Positions 61,626 to 64,000 of a stretch of DNA of 64,000 nt are shown here, one piece after another. The translations under genes were made by a program, and so were the position numbers. The notes beneath the pieces were generated by a model. It was not told the origin of the DNA, made no database searches, and saw nothing but the letters and a program-made list of their open reading frames with translations. Source of the stretch: Mobula hypostoma (taxonomy: Eukaryota). How positions within the stretch are numbered: the first letter of the stretch is position 1; the number at the start of each line of letters is the position of its first letter. The stretch lies in contig NC_086108.1 of the NCBI RefSeq assembly GCF_963921235.1, positions 28,460,001 to 28,524,000 of the forward strand, given 5' to 3'.

Positions 61626-62634
61626 AACCATATATGAATATGGCCAAATGAAACAGTGTTCCTCTGTGGCCAAGGTGCAAGACACATTACCAACAGCACA
61701 AAGTACACGGCAAATAGCACAAATAGCAAATATGGTTACGACTTCAGTAAAACAAACGGTCATATAAAAAAAAGAGCTTGTTCTTCCACTGAGTGAACAC
61801 TGGAGAGCAGCATTGGCAGGAGGTGCCAGTTCCCAACCCAGTACTGATTCCAGTGCAGCCACAGAAGCCCCTGCTCTCTCCCACACCACCCCTGGGCAAC
61901 TACAACAGGCACCATTCCTTACCACAAAGGAGGATTAATGCTGTAATGTTTCATTCTGATGCTGTTCTTTGTCTTGCATGGTTAGGTTATGTTCATTTGT
62001 GAATTGTCTATTCAATTAATCTCTGAGGTCATGGTGAAAATTTATTGGATTGGGCTGCACTCAGAGAAAAAATAAAGAATGCTTGCAGAGCAAAGTTGCA
62101 GAGTATGTAAGTCTTTTATGATGACACTTCAAATAGGTTAGTGTAGTAGGTCCCTAAAGATGTTCTGTGGTTAAGTGTCATAATGAAAGTGAATTGAAAT
62201 GTAATGTGATGTGTTTCTGATCCGTCATCCAAGGATCTGCAGCTGTAACAATGATTAAAGGCAGCACTGCCAAAACAGAACTGCAACATCACAGAAATGC
62301 AGAGCAAGTCACGCTCCATCAGATACCACTGTGATGTCTAGAAAGATTTCCCAACAGTTACCAGATATACTATTTTTTTTCTCTCCACCTCCATCAACCC
62401 CTGGCATATCCTAAAGACCAAGACTTATTTTAGAATTATATTTCCAACTATGTCATCAGTGACCATCTGTCAACGGTAAACTCTGGTAGTAGTGAACTGC
62501 AGTTTATTTGTTGTCAGGTGTCTATGAGACTAGGACGGGTGGCTGGAGAGGGAGTAGTGGTGTTGGTGCACAGAGGTCAGGGATAAGGGAGACCTTTTAT
62601 TTTTCTCCCTGTCTAGAGTTACTATCCTCCATTA

Positions 62635-63360
62635 GGACATAGAACAGTGCAGCACAGGAAGAGGCCTTTCAATCCACAATGTTGTGCTGCAATAATCAAA
62701 TTAGTAACCAACTAAGCTAAACCCTTCTGCCTGCATAATGTCCATATCTTTTCATTTCCTGCACATTCATGTGCCTAAAAGCCTCTACGATACAGGTATT
62801 CAAGAGACTTCCACCACTAGCACAGGCAGCATATTTTAGGCACCAACCAATCTCTGTGTAAAGAAAATTTGCCCTGCACATCTCCTTTGAATTTACCCCC
62901 TCTCTCCTTAAAATGCATACCTTCTGGTATTAGATATTTCAACTCTAGGAAAAAGATACCAGCAGCTTACTTTATCTATGGCTCTCATAATCTAAAAAAA
63001 ACCAGCTACAATCTCCCCTAAGCCTCCACTGCTCCAAAAAAAAAACATGTCTGTCCAAACTCACCTTATAGCATATGCCCTCTAACCCAGGCAGCATCCT
63101 GGTAAACCTTGTCTGCACCCTTTCCAAGCCCTCAACATCCTTCCTTCAATGGGGCAACCAGAATTGAATGCAATACTCCAGATGTAGCCCATCTAGAGCT
63201 ATATATTCCAAACTCTTGAACTCAGATCCTTGACTAATAAAAGCAGTAGGGTAGTGCCTTCTTTACCACCCTATCAACCTGTATAACCACCTTCTGGGAG
63301 TTATGGACTCAGACCCCGACATCCCTCTGCAAATCAACACTGTTAAGGATCTTGTCACTG
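62635..63360 (-). mobile_element. CR1 3' fragment
   Basis: catagaacagtgcagcacagg tail; ccagaattgaatgcaatactccagatg = HLEYCIQFW on the minus strand. Confidence 0.85.
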
Positions 63361-63494
63361 CAACATTACAACCACTCTTTAGCTGAAACAAGCTACCTGT
63401 ATGTTACACATTCAATCCAGAACCATCTGATTAGTATGGCACTGAACAACAGTGATCAGCAAGTAACCTAGAGCAATCAGGAAGCTTAGCTTTG

Positions 63495-63895
63495 ACTTCT
63501 CAAACTTCCGCTAATGCCCCACCTCCCCCTCGTACCCCGTCCATTAATTATTTATTTATATACCCACATTCTTTTTCTCTCTCTCCTTTTCCTCCCTCTG
63601 TCCCTCTCACCATACCCCTTGCCCATCCTCTGGGCTTCCCCCCTCCCCCTTTTCTTTCTCCCTAAGCCTCCTGTCCCATGATCCTTTCACATCACTTTTG
63701 CTAACCAACTGTCCAGCTCTTGGCTCCATCCCTCCCCCTCCTCCTATAATTTCGGATCTCCCCCCCGCCTCAAAACTCTTACTAGCTCTTCTTTCAGTTA
63801 GTCCTGACGAAGGGTCTCAGCCCGAAACGTCGACTGTACCTCTTCCTAGAGATGCTGCCTGGCCTGCTGAGTTCACCAGCAACTTTTATGTGTGT
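63495..63895 (+). mobile_element. Penelope 3' UTR/tail insertion with 12-bp TSD
   Basis: AGCTTAGCTTTG at 63483-63494 and 63896-63907. Confidence 0.92.
63799..63836 (+). ncRNA. Minimal hammerhead motif, intact
   Basis: TAGTC-CTGACGA-A-GGG-TCTCAG-CCC-GAAAC-GTC-GACTG; predicted cleavage after C63831. Confidence 0.8.
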
Positions 63896-64000
63896 AGCTT
63901 AGCTTTGGATGTTTATTGGAGATTTATGACTGAATATTGAAGGACATGGAGGATAGGAAGATCACTGTTGAGATTATTAACTTGCAAGCGAATTTTGAGG

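Overview
Vertebrate genomic DNA. The repeat content (CR1, Rex/Babar, Neptune-type Penelope elements, HE1-like V-SINEs) points to a cartilaginous fish, probably a ray; this is inference. The only host gene I can support is the 3' end of ACBD6 on the minus strand: a 31-bp penultimate exon (57684-57714, DSEGQTALHY), a 31.8-kb intron and the terminal exon (25769-25923, ASACEF...KG*) with its AATAAA. The first ~0.9 kb resembles the end of a convergent plus-strand 3' UTR, possibly LHX4 by known synteny (not verified). Roughly half the window (by eye) is transposon-derived and often nested: a near full-length CR1 with an esterase ORF1 inside a Rex/Babar element, a young RT-intact CR1, a Tc1 > LINE > Penelope triple nest, several MITEs and about a dozen Penelope termini carrying minimal hammerhead ribozyme motifs. 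Most worth following up: (1) a 260-bp TSD-flanked Penelope foldback with a hammerhead on each strand; (2) an in-phase candidate alternative last exon of ACBD6 at 43518-43708; (3) candidate conserved enhancers. No prokaryote-type system, CRISPR array, rRNA or true tRNA gene was seen. Boundaries of old repeats are approximate, and family names come from motif recognition, not database searches.
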